Assembly (NCBI RefSeq): GCF_041929275.1
Contig: NZ_JBHFNR010000053.1
Source: Floridaenema flaviceps BLCC-F50
GTDB taxonomy: Bacteria; Cyanobacteriota; Cyanobacteriia; Cyanobacteriales; Aerosakkonemataceae
Direction: 5' to 3' (one strand)
Length of the DNA stretch: 24,000 nt
Shown: positions 22,749 through 24,000 of the stretch, one piece after another
Layout: the number at the start of each line of letters is the position of its first letter
Numbering within the stretch: the stretch's first letter is position 1
Translations under genes and position numbers: made by a program
The notes under the pieces: model-generated
What the model was told of the DNA's origin: nothing
What the model saw: only the letters and a program-made list of their open reading frames with translations
Databases searched by the model: none

Positions 22749-24000
22749 ATGAAAGCCGATCGCCACCCCCACACAAAACCCACCACACCCAACATTAAAA
22801 TCCCCGAATTACTGTCACCTGCGGGTAATTGGGAATGCGCCAAAGCAGCGGTTGAAAATGGCGCAGATGCAATTTATTTTGGCTTAGAACAATTTAACGC
22901 CAGAATGCGGGCGCAAAATATCACCACAGCGGAATTGCCTAAATTAATGCAATATTTGCACTTGCGAGGAGTCAAAGGTTACGTCACCCTCAACACCCTA
23001 ATTTTTCCCCAAGAATTAACCCAAGCTGAACAATATCTTCGCACAATTATTGCTGCTGGAGTTGATGCAGTCATCGTGCAAGATATCGGACTTTGCCGTT
23101 TAATTCGCCACCTTTCACCAGACTTTCCCATCCATGCTTCTACCCAAATGACTATTACCAGCGCCACTGGTATAGAATTTGCTAAATGCTTGGGTTGTCA
23201 GTTAGTTGTACTCGCCCGTGAATGTTCGATTCAAGAAATAGAAAAAATCCAAAAACAACTGATAGAAAAACGAATATCTCTGCCCTTAGAAGTTTTCGTA
23301 CATGGCGCTTTATGTGTAGCTTATTCTGGGCAATGTTTGACTAGCGAAGCATTAGGAGGACGCTCGGCAAATCGGGGAGAATGCGCCCAAGCTTGTCGAA
23401 TGCCTTACGAATTAATTGCTGATGGTAAATTGGTTGATTTTGGCGATCGCAAATACCTGTTAAGTCCCCAAGATTTAGCCGGATTAGATGTACTTCCCGA
23501 ATTAGTAAAAGCGGGAGTAAGTTCTTTAAAAATCGAAGGTAGATTGAAAGCGCCGGAATATGTCGCCAACGTCACTCGCGTTTATCGCCAAGCTTTAGAT
23601 CGCATCATTGCCGAATTATCAGATCCCCCTAAATCCCCCTTAATAAGGGGGACTTTGAATAGCGAATTAGATCCCCCTAAATCCCCCTTACAAAGGGGGA
23701 CTTTGAAGAGTGAATTAGATCCCCCTAAATCCCCCTTAACAAGGGGGACTTTGAATAGCGAAAACTTTAATTCGGTTCCCCCATTAAATAATGACATAGC
23801 CGAATTACCCGATCCCCCTAAATCCCCCTTTTTAAGGGGGACTTTGAGTAGCGAAAATTTGCCTCCGGTTCCCCCCTTATTAAGGGGGGTTAGGGGGGAT
23901 CGAAATGATATAAAGCAAGACCAGAAAACTAATATAAATAATGTAGGGAATTTGAGCGATCGCTACAACCTAGAAATGGCATTTTCTCGCGGACTTTATA
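22749..24000 (+). CDS. Peptidase U32 family protein (N-terminal part; runs off the right edge) carrying an in-frame repeat insertion
   Basis: Not in the track because it is open at the edge. From the ATG at 22749: MKADRHPHTKPTTPNIKIPELLSPAGNWECAKAAVENGADAIYFGLEQFNARMRA...IHASTQMTITS...VFVHGALCVAYSGQCLTSEALGGRSANRGECAQACRMPY...SSLKIEGRLKAPEYVANVTRVYRQALD...YNLEMAFSRGLY. These are classic U32 motifs, including the Cys cluster. Confidence 0.85.
   Translation, partial: MKADRHPHTKPTTPNIKIPELLSPAGNWECAKAAVENGADAIYFGLEQFNARMRAQNITTAELPKLMQYLHLRGVKGYVTLNTLIFPQELTQAEQYLRTIIAAGVDAVIVQDIGLCRLIRHLSPDFPIHASTQMTITSATGIEFAKCLGCQLVVLARECSIQEIEKIQKQLIEKRISLPLEVFVHGALCVAYSGQCLTSEALGGRSANRGECAQACRMPYELIADGKLVDFGDRKYLLSPQDLAGLDVLPELVKAGVSSLKIEGRLKAPEYVANVTRVYRQALDRIIAELSDPPKSPLIRGTLNSELDPPKSPLQRGTLKSELDPPKSPLTRGTLNSENFNSVPPLNNDIAELPDPPKSPFLRGTLSSENLPPVPPLLRGVRGDRNDIKQDQKTNINNVGNLSDRYNLEMAFSRGLY
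23622..23901 (+). repeat. Four copies of a stem-loop repeat (GATCCCCCTAAATCCCCCTTA-N3-AGGGGGACTTTGA...) plus a terminal inverted partial copy, all inside the U32 reading frame
   Basis: Copies start at 23622, 23670, 23718 and 23811, with spacings of 48, 48 and 93 nt, all multiples of 3. Each holds the hairpin CCCCCTTA-nnn-AGGGGG. The region ends with CCCCCCTTATTAAGGGGGG (23871-23889) and TTAGGGGGGATC (23890-23901). Confidence 0.9.

Noticed and set aside
22979-23167. 62-aa minus-strand ORF
   Set aside because: It is antisense to the U32 peptidase coding sequence.
23582-23797. 71-aa minus-strand ORF (FKVPLVKGDLGGS repeats)
   Set aside because: It is antisense to the U32 peptidase frame and composed entirely of the translated stem-loop repeats. 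This is a well-known type of spurious ORF.
1-24000. tRNA, rRNA or tmRNA genes, transposases, integrases, reverse transcriptases and cas genes
   Set aside because: I saw no T-arm (GGTTCGAATCC-like) or cloverleaf candidate. No ORF carries DDE, tyrosine or serine recombinase, RT (YxDD) or Cas motifs.

Overview
The window looks like chromosome from a filamentous (Oscillatoriales/Nostocales-like) cyanobacterium. The evidence is the HIP1 octamer GCGATCGC, which I located by eye at 16 or more positions against under 1 expected by chance, plus typical cyanobacterial hairpin and G-run dispersed repeats. No tRNA, rRNA, transposase, integrase or cas gene is visible.

Gene content, left to right:
- A PAS-PAS-GAF sensor protein, truncated by the left edge and missing from the ORF track.
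- A secreted or anchored FAD oxidoreductase.
- Two adjacent orphan genes.
- A P2-type P-type ATPase with a small membrane-anchored partner.
- A DUF1232 protein.
- An exbB/exbD-like pair, both with long low-complexity tails.
- A holin-4/DUF360 membrane protein.
- A zinc-ribbon Ser/Thr kinase-like membrane protein whose catalytic HRD motif reads HRH. It is followed by three tightly coupled small genes, the last HicB-like.
- Long-form pta, then a DUF3891-like protein and a Tat-signal DUF362 protein.
- A roughly 3.7 kb mosaic accessory stretch (19.0-22.7 kb).
- A U32 peptidase running off the right edge.

The accessory stretch is the best candidate for something undescribed. It holds three near-identical free-standing DUF4351 (Rpn C-terminal domain) genes co-oriented around a vapBC cassette, and a 500 bp gene-free region. 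It also holds an 866 bp unit in which perfect 32 bp inverted repeats bracket a lone SAM methyltransferase and cut off a neighbouring ORF, and a single 37 nt CRISPR-like repeat with no array or cas genes.

Other sequence-level oddities:
- A 4 x 57 nt hairpin-repeat array has overwritten the pta C-terminus and supplies its stop codon.
- Stem-loop repeats are inserted in frame in the U32 peptidase.
- A (ATGGGGGG)4 G-quadruplex motif lies just after exbD.
- A decayed duplicate of a small gene lies after hicB.

All family assignments come from motif recognition by eye, with no database search run. Functional ideas are labelled as inference.
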